This document shows positions 7,860-17,486 of a stretch of 54,935 bases of DNA, piece after piece (the first letter of the stretch is position 1; the number at the start of each line of letters is the position of its first letter). Below the pieces are notes generated by a model. That model was not told the DNA's origin. It made no database searches and worked only from the letters and a program-made list of their open reading frames with translations. The stretch is from the IMG/VR virus record IMGVR_UViG_3300036771_000058, positions 1 through 54,935 of that record. The stretch is one strand, 5' to 3'. Made by a program: the position numbers and the translations under genes. Origin of the DNA: a virus (lineage: Duplodnaviria > Caudoviricetes).

Positions 7860-8710
7860 AAATGAATGAATTGACCAATGAACACCGCTATTTTGGCAGT
7901 GTTTTTTCTTATGTAGATGAATCTGGAGAAAAACGCATTTCGGCACCAAGTTCATCTCATAAAGTGATAAGTATCGCACAATCTGATGCTTATAAAGAGA
8001 AAGTGGAGTTAGAAATCTTCCGAATAGGTAGGCAAGCTGACTTCACGGCTTCAAATATGGATACACTCCATGAGGTTTATAGTGTATTAACCACTGCACA
8101 ATGTGGTTATTTAATGCTGTTACAATGCTACGTTAGTTATGATGGTGGCACGTTGGTTAATGCGAATAAAACAGCAATGACCACTACTGACATGATGAAT
8201 GTACTGCAATTAAAACATAAGAGAAGTTCCTTTTATGATTTTATCAAGGCATGCATGAAATATAGGATTATTACAGAAGAAGATGGAATATACGCGGTAA
8301 ATCCTCGTTATCATTTTCGCGGTGTATTTAGTAATCGATATGTGGTGAAGTCTTACACAGCAAAGATTAGACGTGTGTATCGTGAAGTGAAAGCTACTGA
8401 TATTGGGCTGATTTATCGCATGCTGCCATTTATTCATTATGATACGAATGCATTATGTGAGAATCCTTCAGAAGTAGATCCGAAGAAGATACGTTGGTTC
8501 AATCGTAGAGAATTATCAGAAGCGATTGGCATTAACTCAGATACATTAGGGCGAAGGTTGCCTAAAATGACGATAGATGGAAGTTATGTAGTGGCGAGGA
8601 TAAAGGTTGGTAATGAGCCGGAGAGATACACGTTTAATCCTAATGTGTTTTATCGAAAGGGTTGCGAACCTGATAAGACGTTACAGGCTATGTTTAATGT
8701 GAAGAAATAA
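7847..8710 (+). CDS. RepL-like winged-helix DNA-binding / replication protein
   Basis: Two repeated wHTH-like domains ending YAVNPRYHFRG and YTFNPNVFYRK. Confidence 0.55.
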   Translation: MVQIKMNELTNEHRYFGSVFSYVDESGEKRISAPSSSHKVISIAQSDAYKEKVELEIFRIGRQADFTASNMDTLHEVYSVLTTAQCGYLMLLQCYVSYDGGTLVNANKTAMTTTDMMNVLQLKHKRSSFYDFIKACMKYRIITEEDGIYAVNPRYHFRGVFSNRYVVKSYTAKIRRVYREVKATDIGLIYRMLPFIHYDTNALCENPSEVDPKKIRWFNRRELSEAIGINSDTLGRRLPKMTIDGSYVVARIKVGNEPERYTFNPNVFYRKGCEPDKTLQAMFNVKK

Positions 8711-8714
8711 CGAG

Positions 8715-8927
8715 GTGATGGTAATGGAAGAATGGGAACAATACTTTCATACTGAATATGGGGATAGTTTTGGAATTATAGTGAATAAAGAGGAAAAAAC
8801 AATCAGTTTAGTTATTGGAGAAAATTTGGCTAAATTCTCTTTGGCTGATGCTTTCGGCCTCCAAGTATTAATCAAAGGTTTAAGAGATGATTTCACCAAA
8901 ACAAACCAACATAACGAACGAAAATAG
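8715..8927 (+). CDS. Hypothetical protein
   Basis: ORF with RBS GAGGTG. Confidence 0.6.
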   Translation: MMVMEEWEQYFHTEYGDSFGIIVNKEEKTISLVIGENLAKFSLADAFGLQVLIKGLRDDFTKTNQHNERK

Positions 8928-8939
8928 AGGTGGTCATTA

Positions 8940-9401
8940 ATGGATTACGAAAAGTTAAGGAAGCTCGTTAGTGAACGAAAGATATTATCAGAATGGGTAA
9001 CAGAAGCTTTAACGAAATCTTATGAAGTTGATAATCACTTAGATGAACTTAATGAACATATTCGTCAGCCAATTGATAAGGATTCGGTAATTAAGAAGCT
9101 TAATGCTTATTTAGATAACGGAATGGCAATTACCAGAACTACAATTATCAATCATGGTAACGATGAGTATGGACCTGATTACAGCTTTATTATCAGGCTT
9201 ACAGATATAGAAAAAGAAGAGAATTATAGTGCAATTGAAATATTGGCAATTAGGCATAACGCAACTTTAGAAGGAGCGAAAAAAGCTTATATGGATTGCA
9301 ATGAAAACTATGAGTTTGCTGATGCTTTGCTAAGTAGACTAGATCGATGTGGCTGTACAACCGAAGAAAACTATGAGACATTACTGAAATTCATTGTCTA
9401 A
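8940..9401 (+). CDS. Hypothetical protein
   Basis: 153-aa ORF with RBS GAGGTG. Confidence 0.7.
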   Translation: MDYEKLRKLVSERKILSEWVTEALTKSYEVDNHLDELNEHIRQPIDKDSVIKKLNAYLDNGMAITRTTIINHGNDEYGPDYSFIIRLTDIEKEENYSAIEILAIRHNATLEGAKKAYMDCNENYEFADALLSRLDRCGCTTEENYETLLKFIV

Positions 9402-9424
9402 TTGATAACGTACTGATAATGAAC

Positions 9425-9473
9425 ACGACTTTATTCGGACAAATCAGCTAAAAAGACGACTTTATTCGGACAA
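9425..9473 (+). repeat. Perfect 18-bp direct repeat ACGACTTTATTCGGACAA x2 (iteron-like)
   Basis: Copies at 9425-9442 and 9456-9473, 31-bp period. Confidence 0.85.
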
Positions 9474-9639
9474 CTAAAAACAGGGTCCACGCTTAGAACC
9501 ACAAGGGATACAGCTGTTTTACCAATGAAATTATATCTTAATCTTGTCCCTTAAATAGAGGAAGCTCTACATTATGGTGATACACGAAGGTTTTAAATAT
9601 TGGAATCAAATACAAACATAAGGAACGGGGTCTTGATAT

Positions 9640-9957
9640 ATGTCATTAGTTATAACGCAAGTAACAATTGATGATAAACCATTACCAATTACAGTAGGAA
9701 AGATTGATCATAGTCTTGGTGAAACTGTAGAGAGAAACGATGGTGAATTAATACGCATAAGTGGTTACGACGTATTAAAGGTAACTACTCCGAAGGTACA
9801 CCCTGAATTTGAATACAGTTGCCTTACTAAAGGTGTAATAAGAGTTGAAGTACTTGATGAACAAGGTAAGGCTCATGGTTACGATATGCATTGCGTCGCA
9901 TGTGAATTGTCACCAGATGGGCCTGCTGATTATGAGTTTCAGGAAATAAAGAAGTAG
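9640..9957 (+). CDS. Hypothetical protein
   Basis: 105-aa ORF. Confidence 0.65.
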   Translation: MSLVITQVTIDDKPLPITVGKIDHSLGETVERNDGELIRISGYDVLKVTTPKVHPEFEYSCLTKGVIRVEVLDEQGKAHGYDMHCVACELSPDGPADYEFQEIKK

Positions 9958-9974
9958 AAAGGAGGTGTACAATT

Positions 9975-10379
9975 ATGGCGCTTAAACGATTAAATACAGA
10001 ACACCTAACTGCAATTAATTATTTTGCACTTCCTAATAAGGGTGGTAAAACAAATGATGAGATTGCTAAGATATGTGGAGTATCTAGACAATCCATACAG
10101 AACTGGCGTAATGATCCGTTATTCGAACGAGAGCTAAAGAAACAAATGGTACGTAATAGTCAGGATAGATTACCAGAGTTAATCGAATCATTATCAGAGA
10201 TTGCTATTCGAGATGGGAATGCCGCGATGGCTAAACTGGCACTACAAATCAACGGCATGTTAGTTGATAAGGTAGAGGTAGAAACAAAGGATGCTACTAA
10301 TAAGATTGACTATGAAGGAATCGATAAGGACATTGCATCGTTTAAGGAACGGATTGAAGAAGAGACAGATGTAAAGTGA
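9975..10379 (+). CDS. terS: Putative terminase small subunit (HTH protein)
   Basis: N-terminal HTH (EIAKICGVSRQSIQNW); size and position upstream of TerL. Confidence 0.7.
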   Translation: MALKRLNTEHLTAINYFALPNKGGKTNDEIAKICGVSRQSIQNWRNDPLFERELKKQMVRNSQDRLPELIESLSEIAIRDGNAAMAKLALQINGMLVDKVEVETKDATNKIDYEGIDKDIASFKERIEEETDVK

Positions 10380-10645
10380 TAGGTTGTTTGACGGCTATAT
10401 AATAGAAGAAACTCGGTTGAGGGTTAGGATAGGGAGTGTACTGAGGTTTACTGTTAGTCAGTCGCTCGCTCAGGACAGACACACCATCATAATTTTTCAG
10501 TAGTTTATGCATGATTCTATACAGTAATTGTACTCATAACACAGGCTACAAACGTTGATATAACGCATGCATAAAAGTAGTAAATGAAAAATAAATAAAA
10601 TAAACCTCATAAACGTTGGTTTAATAAGGTTTGTAAACAATGATA

Positions 10646-10674
10646 AATGTAACAAAAGGTGTTTTTGTTACATT
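10646..10674. other. dif/res-like recombination core site AATGTAACAAA-aggtgtt-TTTGTTACATT
   Basis: 11-12-bp inverted arms around a short spacer, next to a tyrosine recombinase. Confidence 0.65.
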
Positions 10675-10836
10675 ATATATACGGAAATACGTATTAAACA
10701 TGCAAATTAATAAAACCCCCGGGGCCTTCTAAATTGAAAGGTGCTCGCCAGGCACACTAAAAATCCGCGTATCAAAATTAACTTTTGACTTTACGCAAGT
10801 GTAAAACAAAAAAGACCACATCGTCAAGATGCAGTC

Positions 10837-11385
10837 TTACAGATTCACGCCTATATAAACATCATCAATTTGTTTTTGTTCAATGCCAATATATACAAGA
10901 GTGTCGCGTTGGCTAGAATGATTCAAGATTGTTTGTAGGATAGATAAATCTGTTCCGTTTTTATAAGCATGAAAAGCGAACGTCTTACGTAGGGTATGCG
11001 TTCCAATCTCAACTTTTAATCCAGCGCGATCAGCTGCAGCATTTAAAATTCTATAAGCTTGAATACGAGTTATTGCGTTGTCTCCTTTTCGGGAAGGAAA
11101 TAACCAATCGTTATCATGTGCTGTTTCAGGAATCAATTCTGTGACAGCTTTTTTTATAGAATCATTTAGATGAAATCGCTTTTGTTTTTTAGTTTTCGTT
11201 TCTTTTAAAACGATACTTTCCTTACCACGTATATCACCTACTTTCAACTTCAGTATGTCGGAAATACGTAATGCAGAATTAATACCAAATATGAACAGTA
11301 ACAAGTCACGCGGCTTTCCAGCTAGCGCTTTTTTCATTTTTTCGATGTCTCGTTTTGTACGAATAGGTTGAACTACACCAGACAT
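10837..11385 (-). CDS. Minimal tyrosine recombinase (Xer-like resolvase, catalytic domain only)
   Basis: LRISD, HTLRK, LNH and VYIG catalytic motifs; 182 aa. Confidence 0.9.
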   Translation of the reverse strand: MSGVVQPIRTKRDIEKMKKALAGKPRDLLLFIFGINSALRISDILKLKVGDIRGKESIVLKETKTKKQKRFHLNDSIKKAVTELIPETAHDNDWLFPSRKGDNAITRIQAYRILNAAADRAGLKVEIGTHTLRKTFAFHAYKNGTDLSILQTILNHSSQRDTLVYIGIEQKQIDDVYIGVNL

Positions 11386-11403
11386 ATGTATTACCTCCTA
11401 TTT

Positions 11404-11432
11404 AATGTAACGTTACATTATTTTGTTACATT
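11404..11432. promoter_or_regulatory. Second copy of the recombinase-binding palindrome, upstream of the recombinase gene
   Basis: AATGTAACgtta-catta-TTTTGTTACATT; same 29-bp geometry as 10646-10674. Confidence 0.6.
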
Positions 11433-11489
11433 CATTATAGCTATTACTTTACACGTAGTCAAACGAATTTATGAAAGGAGGCGGTCTAT

Positions 11490-13268
11490 ATCGCTTGGAT
11501 AAATGAAGAATGGTTTAGCAGAAAAGAGCGCATGGAGAAGATTACTCAATTAAAAAGATACATCGTTCCTAGGGTTCGTAATAGAAATAAGTTGAATGAT
11601 GATGAAAAGCTAGAACTAAAAACATATATCGATGAATATAACCGTCTCCAGGACATTAATCGTGGCGAAACAGATTTACTGTTCTTCGCTTATAACTACT
11701 TTGGTGAAAACCGAAACAAAGACAATACAGGTAACTGGATTCCTGAATTTAAGGTCCCTGACGACTTTAATTTGGACGACATTACAGAATATGCACCGCA
11801 TTTCCATGAAGAGATATGTGACATCATGAATGTGGTGTCTATAGAAGAAATCAATAAGCGTGTTGTTGTTGCCGCGCCTCGTTCTCATGCAAAATCTTCT
11901 TACTTATCGAAGGCTTTTCCGATTCATGAGATTTGCTACCGTAAAAGGTTCTATATCATCTTAATTTCGGAAACTCCTAGTGTATCTAGTGCTAATTTAG
12001 AGTGGATTAAACTCCAATTACAAAGTAATGAGAAATTACGACGGGATTTCGGGCCATTATTACACGTTAAGCAGCAGATGAACCCTAAAGATAATACTTC
12101 TGAATTCATTGCTTGGGAACCTAAAGGAAAAGACGAAAAGAAATTGCTAACGTTAGTACAAGCGGTTTCTACTGGACAAGCGCTACGTGGACGAAATTGG
12201 AATGGTAAACGACCGGATTTAATCGTGTGTGATGATTTGGAGGATAAAAGTAATACAAATACGGCTCAATTACGCCAGGACCTAAAGGATTGGTTCGCTC
12301 AGGTAGTAATTCCGTTAGGTGATCCGGAAGGAAAACGGACGGCAATCGTATTCATGGGTACGACAGTCCATCCACAATCACTTTTAATCGATGTCATGGA
12401 GCGACGGTCTGACTTTGAATCTCGTAAATACAGGGCGTTAATTAAACCACCTACAAGGCAAGATTTGTGGGCTGAATGTGAGTCGATTTATAAGGATAGA
12501 GAGAATAAAACAAGAGCAAGAGACGCCGAGTTATTCTTTACGGCTCACTATGATGAGATGTTAGAAGGATCAGAAGTTCTTTGGGAAGAAGCACAACCAT
12601 TATTTAAATTAATGAAGTTTAAATGGGATGACGGCAGTAAGGCATTTAATACGGAATATCAAAACAACCCAATTGATGAAGAAAGTATGGTTTTTAATCC
12701 TGATAACTTCAATTATTGGAACGATAAAGACTTAAACCGTAATTTCTTAAATGGAGAATACTTCATTTCTATGGGTGTTGACTTAGCTATGGGTAAACAG
12801 CGTGGTGACTATTCTGCCATTTCTGTTGTAGCGAAGCATAAAGAGAACGATACCATTTATGTTATTGGCTCTTATGGTGAAAAAGTGAAGCCAGATGAGT
12901 TTATGAAGGTAATCACTAAAGATGTATTGCATTTCAGACCTGATGTAATTGCCGTTGAAGCCCAAGCAGCACAAGAATTCTTTGCTGATATGTTGCAAAA
13001 GAAGTTAGTATCAGTTGGTTACCCAGCTGATACACGTTTACACAAGGTGAAACAACGATTTAATAAGGAATTACGTATAGAAGCATTAATACCTCGTATT
13101 GAAAATGGAGAAATTCAGTTTGATAGAAGACATTCTTTATTATTAGAACAATTTCAGTACTACGGAACGAATATGCACGATGATTTACCTGATAGTTTAG
13201 AAATGGCTGTTTCGGCAGCAGGTAATAGTTCAACAGTAGTAAGAACTATCGCTAAAAGAATGCGATAG
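11490..13268 (+). CDS. terL: Terminase large subunit (proposed ATC start at 11490; first ATG at 11532)
   Basis: APRSHAKS Walker A, IVCDD Walker B, GVD nuclease motif, HDDLPD; RBS AAGGAGG lies 8 nt before the in-frame ATC. Confidence 0.92.
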   Translation: MAWINEEWFSRKERMEKITQLKRYIVPRVRNRNKLNDDEKLELKTYIDEYNRLQDINRGETDLLFFAYNYFGENRNKDNTGNWIPEFKVPDDFNLDDITEYAPHFHEEICDIMNVVSIEEINKRVVVAAPRSHAKSSYLSKAFPIHEICYRKRFYIILISETPSVSSANLEWIKLQLQSNEKLRRDFGPLLHVKQQMNPKDNTSEFIAWEPKGKDEKKLLTLVQAVSTGQALRGRNWNGKRPDLIVCDDLEDKSNTNTAQLRQDLKDWFAQVVIPLGDPEGKRTAIVFMGTTVHPQSLLIDVMERRSDFESRKYRALIKPPTRQDLWAECESIYKDRENKTRARDAELFFTAHYDEMLEGSEVLWEEAQPLFKLMKFKWDDGSKAFNTEYQNNPIDEESMVFNPDNFNYWNDKDLNRNFLNGEYFISMGVDLAMGKQRGDYSAISVVAKHKENDTIYVIGSYGEKVKPDEFMKVITKDVLHFRPDVIAVEAQAAQEFFADMLQKKLVSVGYPADTRLHKVKQRFNKELRIEALIPRIENGEIQFDRRHSLLLEQFQYYGTNMHDDLPDSLEMAVSAAGNSSTVVRTIAKRMR

Positions 13269-13282
13269 AAAGGAGGTGAACA

Positions 13283-14827
13283 ATGAATCAACCGATTGCA
13301 GACTACAATATATTAAATCCTCTTGATATGGATGAACTTTTGTTTTCCCCCTGGCAACAAGCCATTGGGAAAGAAACTTGGAATCGTATTAATAGGCAAA
13401 TTCGATATTACGAGTATTACGATGGAAAGCAGCACGTAGATCCAAATACAGGGCAACTTGTAAAAGCTAGAGATTTACCACGGCCTGATGGATTGGATTA
13501 TGATCCTACTCGTTATGCTACGAATTATTTCAAAGTCATGATTAATGAAAAAGCACGTTGGCAAATGGCGGGTAAACATGGTATTTCCGTTTCTCCAAAG
13601 CAAATTGATTCGATTGAAGAGATGCTACAAATGGAGTATAAGCCATCTAAAGAGCAAATGATTGAGAATCAACGAGCCGATAACTATGAAAAGCTATTAT
13701 ATAAGCTTTGGAAAGACAATAAAATGCGAGAAAAGCTGATACAGGCAGCAAGAGATCGCCTGATTGTTGGTAGGGTCGCTTGTAAAATCGTGTTTAATCC
13801 AAAAAGCGGTAAAATTAAGTGGGTTTTCCGTCCTGATATAGAAGTGATTCCGATTTATTCAGACGACGATTACGACGAATTAGAAGCAGTTCATTTCGTT
13901 AATTTCAAGCGCCTTGATAATGAAGAAGTTATATCTAAACAAACGTTTGTTTTAGAAAATGGTAAGTGCTTCATTGAAGAGGCTATTTATGATAAATCGC
14001 TAAATGTTATCAAACAAATTATGCCTAAAACAGCAATGGGGATAGATTTCATTCCGGTTGTACTGTTCCCTGTGAATGATTTGAGTGCTTCGGCCGCTGA
14101 TAATACAGAAGTTGATGATATGAAAGAGCAAACTGACATATTAAACAGCATGAATGAAGATGCTCTAGACTCACTTAAGTTCGAAATGTTCTCTATGACA
14201 GCCTTACTAAATGTACCTGACGGGACAGCTGATAAACTACAGATTGCACCAGGTGCTGTAATTGAGGCAAAAGGTGGCATGGATGGAAAGAATCCAGATA
14301 TTAAAAAGGTTGAAGGTGGTTTCCGTTGGAAAGATGCCTTTAAAGACCAATATGCGAGGGTAAAAGGTGCGTTGCATGAAATTACTTCACTACCTCAAAT
14401 TGTGCCATCTGAAATGAACTTCGGGGGATTGAATAGTGAAACATTACACGTACTATTTCACGATATCATCCAAGAAACTGAAGAACATTGGTTGTCATGG
14501 GGCCCGAGATTAGAAGAATTGCACGAAAAAACCATTCGCTACTTACAAGCTAGGGTTAATAAGCCAATATTCGGTTATGACAAAGAAGTAGTTAAATCTA
14601 TTAGAGAAGATTACGACAATGAAATACGATTTGTGCTTCCTTTACCGGATAATCGCAAAGAATTAGTTTCGTTGTTAACTGAAGAAACCTCAGCAGGGCT
14701 TGAATCTATTGCTGGAGCGATGAATCGTTTAGGCGTAGAGAATATCACAGCGAAGAAACAAGAAATTTCAAATGAACAACAAAGGGCGAGACAAAATACA
14801 GATCCATATAGAGGAGGTACTGGATAG
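13283..14827 (+). CDS. Portal protein (SPP1 gp6-like)
   Basis: 514 aa after TerL; YYEYYDG, FIPVVLF. Confidence 0.85.
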   Translation: MNQPIADYNILNPLDMDELLFSPWQQAIGKETWNRINRQIRYYEYYDGKQHVDPNTGQLVKARDLPRPDGLDYDPTRYATNYFKVMINEKARWQMAGKHGISVSPKQIDSIEEMLQMEYKPSKEQMIENQRADNYEKLLYKLWKDNKMREKLIQAARDRLIVGRVACKIVFNPKSGKIKWVFRPDIEVIPIYSDDDYDELEAVHFVNFKRLDNEEVISKQTFVLENGKCFIEEAIYDKSLNVIKQIMPKTAMGIDFIPVVLFPVNDLSASAADNTEVDDMKEQTDILNSMNEDALDSLKFEMFSMTALLNVPDGTADKLQIAPGAVIEAKGGMDGKNPDIKKVEGGFRWKDAFKDQYARVKGALHEITSLPQIVPSEMNFGGLNSETLHVLFHDIIQETEEHWLSWGPRLEELHEKTIRYLQARVNKPIFGYDKEVVKSIREDYDNEIRFVLPLPDNRKELVSLLTEETSAGLESIAGAMNRLGVENITAKKQEISNEQQRARQNTDPYRGGTG

Positions 14828-15421
14828 ATGACTCTATCAAAGAAAAAGAAGTCTACTAAGCTATTTACACCGAAAGTAAATTCGAAATACGGATTCTTAC
14901 AATTCTTTTCTGATCCGAATCCTGAACCGCCAGTGCCAAATGATCCACCGGCACCTAATGACCCGCCGAAAGCAACGCATACTGATGAAGATGTTCAACG
15001 TATGATTGCTGAAGCTTTAGCAAATGCGAAAGCAGAAACGGATGCGAAGGCAGAAAAAGAGCGTCAGGAAGCAGAACGTAAGAATTTAGAGGAACAAGAA
15101 AAGTATAAAGAGCTATATCAAAACTTAGAAAAGCAAGTAGCTGATGAAAAGGTGAAAACTATAGATGCTAAGAAGGAAACTCTCTTAGTGGGTGCTGGAT
15201 ATGCTCCTGAACAAGTTGTTTTAGTGAAAGACCTGTTAAAAGGTGATTCAGAGGATGAATTAAAAGTGTCCCTTGAATCTGTAAAACAAGTAATTTTACC
15301 TTTAGGGACTGGAGCTGATCCTTCGCCAGGCAATCCAAGAAGAGGTAATCCAGAACCAAAGGACCCAACAGATGTTGGTCGTAACTTATATGCTGAATTA
15401 AAAGCAAAAGGAAAATTATAA
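14828..15421 (+). CDS. Capsid scaffolding protein
   Basis: LQFF motif, Pro-rich linker, coiled coil; upstream of capsid genes. Confidence 0.75.
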   Translation: MTLSKKKKSTKLFTPKVNSKYGFLQFFSDPNPEPPVPNDPPAPNDPPKATHTDEDVQRMIAEALANAKAETDAKAEKERQEAERKNLEEQEKYKELYQNLEKQVADEKVKTIDAKKETLLVGAGYAPEQVVLVKDLLKGDSEDELKVSLESVKQVILPLGTGADPSPGNPRRGNPEPKDPTDVGRNLYAELKAKGKL

Positions 15422-15435
15422 GAGGAGGAAATTAA

Positions 15436-15822
15436 ATGCCTATTTATACACCTAAATTTACTGAAAAACCATTTAAAAGTGGTAAAAATATTTTAGCGAG
15501 CGAGCATTTACAATATATCGAAGGTGGAGCTACATTAGATGCCGCTAAATTTGGTGCAAAGTACATTGAATGCGGTACAGCGATTGCGCGTAATACTACT
15601 ACAGGTAAGTTTGAGCCTTATAAAGAAAAAACACCGGGTACACTTGAACCAGGATTCGATGAATTTGCTATCCTTGATATTGATTGGGATTGTGATGGTA
15701 AAAATGATGGAGTTGTTGGCCAAGTAGTTGTCAAAGGTTCGGTTTATGAAGCGAAACTTGTAGGGTTAACGGATTCATTCAAGAAAGCAACACCATTAAT
15801 TAGATATGTTAAACACATCTAA
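15436..15822 (+). CDS. Head decoration / cement protein
   Basis: About 130 aa directly before a lambda gpE-like capsid gene. Confidence 0.65.
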   Translation: MPIYTPKFTEKPFKSGKNILASEHLQYIEGGATLDAAKFGAKYIECGTAIARNTTTGKFEPYKEKTPGTLEPGFDEFAILDIDWDCDGKNDGVVGQVVVKGSVYEAKLVGLTDSFKKATPLIRYVKHI

Positions 15823-15886
15823 TCAAGTCGCCAAGTAAAGCGACTTTTTATTATGCCATTTAACGTAATTATAAGGAGGAAATTAA

Positions 15887-16915
15887 ATGTCGGGTATTAC
15901 TCAATTAAAAGAATTTCAAAAGCCAGCGCTACGTGGGTTAGTTGATGCATTAGAAAAGGAAAAACAGGATGCTCCAACATTAGCGGATCGCTTCTTACCA
16001 AATGATCAAGTATTTTCAACGACTTTCGCATATGACGTAATTAAAAAGACGAACCATATTGCAGCAATGATTGGATATGGTGCAGAACCGCCAGTAATTG
16101 ACCGTGATGCAGTTGCTTCTAAAATGGGCGAACTTGCTAAAATGGGGCTTAAATATATTGCGACAGAAGAAGAGTTACTTGCATTAAATCAATCACGCTC
16201 TGATGCTGAACATAGAGCGATGATTGAAAAGTTAATTGTTAAAGGTGCGGATTTAGTAAAAGCATTACAACGCCGCGTAGATATTGCGAAATTAGAAGCT
16301 GTTACAAAAGGTAAATTCGATTACAACAAAAACGGTGTGAAAATCGTAGTTGATTATGGTATTCCAACTGATCATAAAGTTGCTTTAACTGGTGCAAATG
16401 CTTGGACAGATGCAAATGCTGATGCCATTGGCAATTTAATCACATGGAGTGATAAATATACTGATACAAATGGCAAAAAGGCTGATGTGATTCTGATGAC
16501 TCGCGAAACGCAAGCGTTATTACAAAAGAACAAAGGTATTATCGCTGAAGCTCGTGGTGTAGCAAAAGATGGTGCTACACGCGTATCGATTGCAGAGGTT
16601 AACGATGTTTTAGGTGGTTATGGATTACCACCAATTCAAATCGTAGAACAACGTAAAATCACTGTACGTAATGTTTACACAGGACAAGACGAAGTGATTG
16701 AGTTTATGCCTAAGTATCGTGTTGTATTCGTTTCAGATGGTCTTGGTAATTTCGTATATGGCCCAACAGTAGAAAACGACTACAAACCAGGTATTGATTT
16801 ACGTGCTTACGATAAATTCGAACCAATCGAATCAGTAATTCGTGTAGCGGCAGCAGGTTTCCCAATTGTAGAAAAACCATCATTACTATTCCATGCTGAC
16901 GTAGCAGCCGAATAA
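15887..16915 (+). CDS. Major capsid protein (Phage_cap_E-like)
   Basis: 342 aa; VDYGIP..HK motif; position. Confidence 0.85.
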   Translation: MSGITQLKEFQKPALRGLVDALEKEKQDAPTLADRFLPNDQVFSTTFAYDVIKKTNHIAAMIGYGAEPPVIDRDAVASKMGELAKMGLKYIATEEELLALNQSRSDAEHRAMIEKLIVKGADLVKALQRRVDIAKLEAVTKGKFDYNKNGVKIVVDYGIPTDHKVALTGANAWTDANADAIGNLITWSDKYTDTNGKKADVILMTRETQALLQKNKGIIAEARGVAKDGATRVSIAEVNDVLGGYGLPPIQIVEQRKITVRNVYTGQDEVIEFMPKYRVVFVSDGLGNFVYGPTVENDYKPGIDLRAYDKFEPIESVIRVAAAGFPIVEKPSLLFHADVAAE

Positions 16916-17124
16916 TGACTAAAGTTAAAGTAGTGGGCGGTATCGTGGATGGACACGGTATCGGCTCACAAATTGAAATCGACGAGAAATCGGCGTTGCA
17001 TTTAGCATCGATTGGTTACGTCGAAATTATCGAAGCGCAAGCAGATGCGGGTGAAAAAGGTGAGTCAGCACCGAAAAAGTCCGCTACACGCAAGCGTACT
17101 CAGAAGGTAACTACAGAGGAGTGA
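16915..17124 (+). CDS. Small head-associated protein
   Basis: Translationally coupled to the capsid gene. Confidence 0.6.
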   Translation: MTKVKVVGGIVDGHGIGSQIEIDEKSALHLASIGYVEIIEAQADAGEKGESAPKKSATRKRTQKVTTEE

Positions 17125-17486
17125 CGGCTATGGCGACGGAAGGTTTTATTAGCGTAGAGGAATTGAAACAGCGGTTGCAAGCCGACGAAGTGCTTTTTGA
17201 TGAGACTTTATTAGCAAATAGCTTTTCGTCGCTAACCGTTCTTAATGATAAACAAGCGCAGTTAGTTACGTTTTATTATCGCTATGTAGACTTAATGGCG
17301 AAAGCGACGACTGAAGCATCATCGTTCAAATATACGGATGGTGAAGAGAGTGTAGATAAATCCAGTGTGTCTAAGAATTACCGTGACTTAGCGCAACATT
17401 ATTATGACTTATGGAGCAGCAAAAGAGCGGAATACGATGGTTCAGGATCTAACTTTCGAATTGCTAAAAGGGTTGATCGTCCGTGA
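17121..17486 (+). CDS. Putative head-tail adaptor
   Basis: Position and size; FKYTDGEESVD. Confidence 0.55.
   Translation: MTAMATEGFISVEELKQRLQADEVLFDETLLANSFSSLTVLNDKQAQLVTFYYRYVDLMAKATTEASSFKYTDGEESVDKSSVSKNYRDLAQHYYDLWSSKRAEYDGSGSNFRIAKRVDRP

Noticed and set aside
10837-11385. Prophage integrase with attP
   Set aside because: Only a catalytic domain, located in the packaging module, with no host flanks; fits a resolvase better
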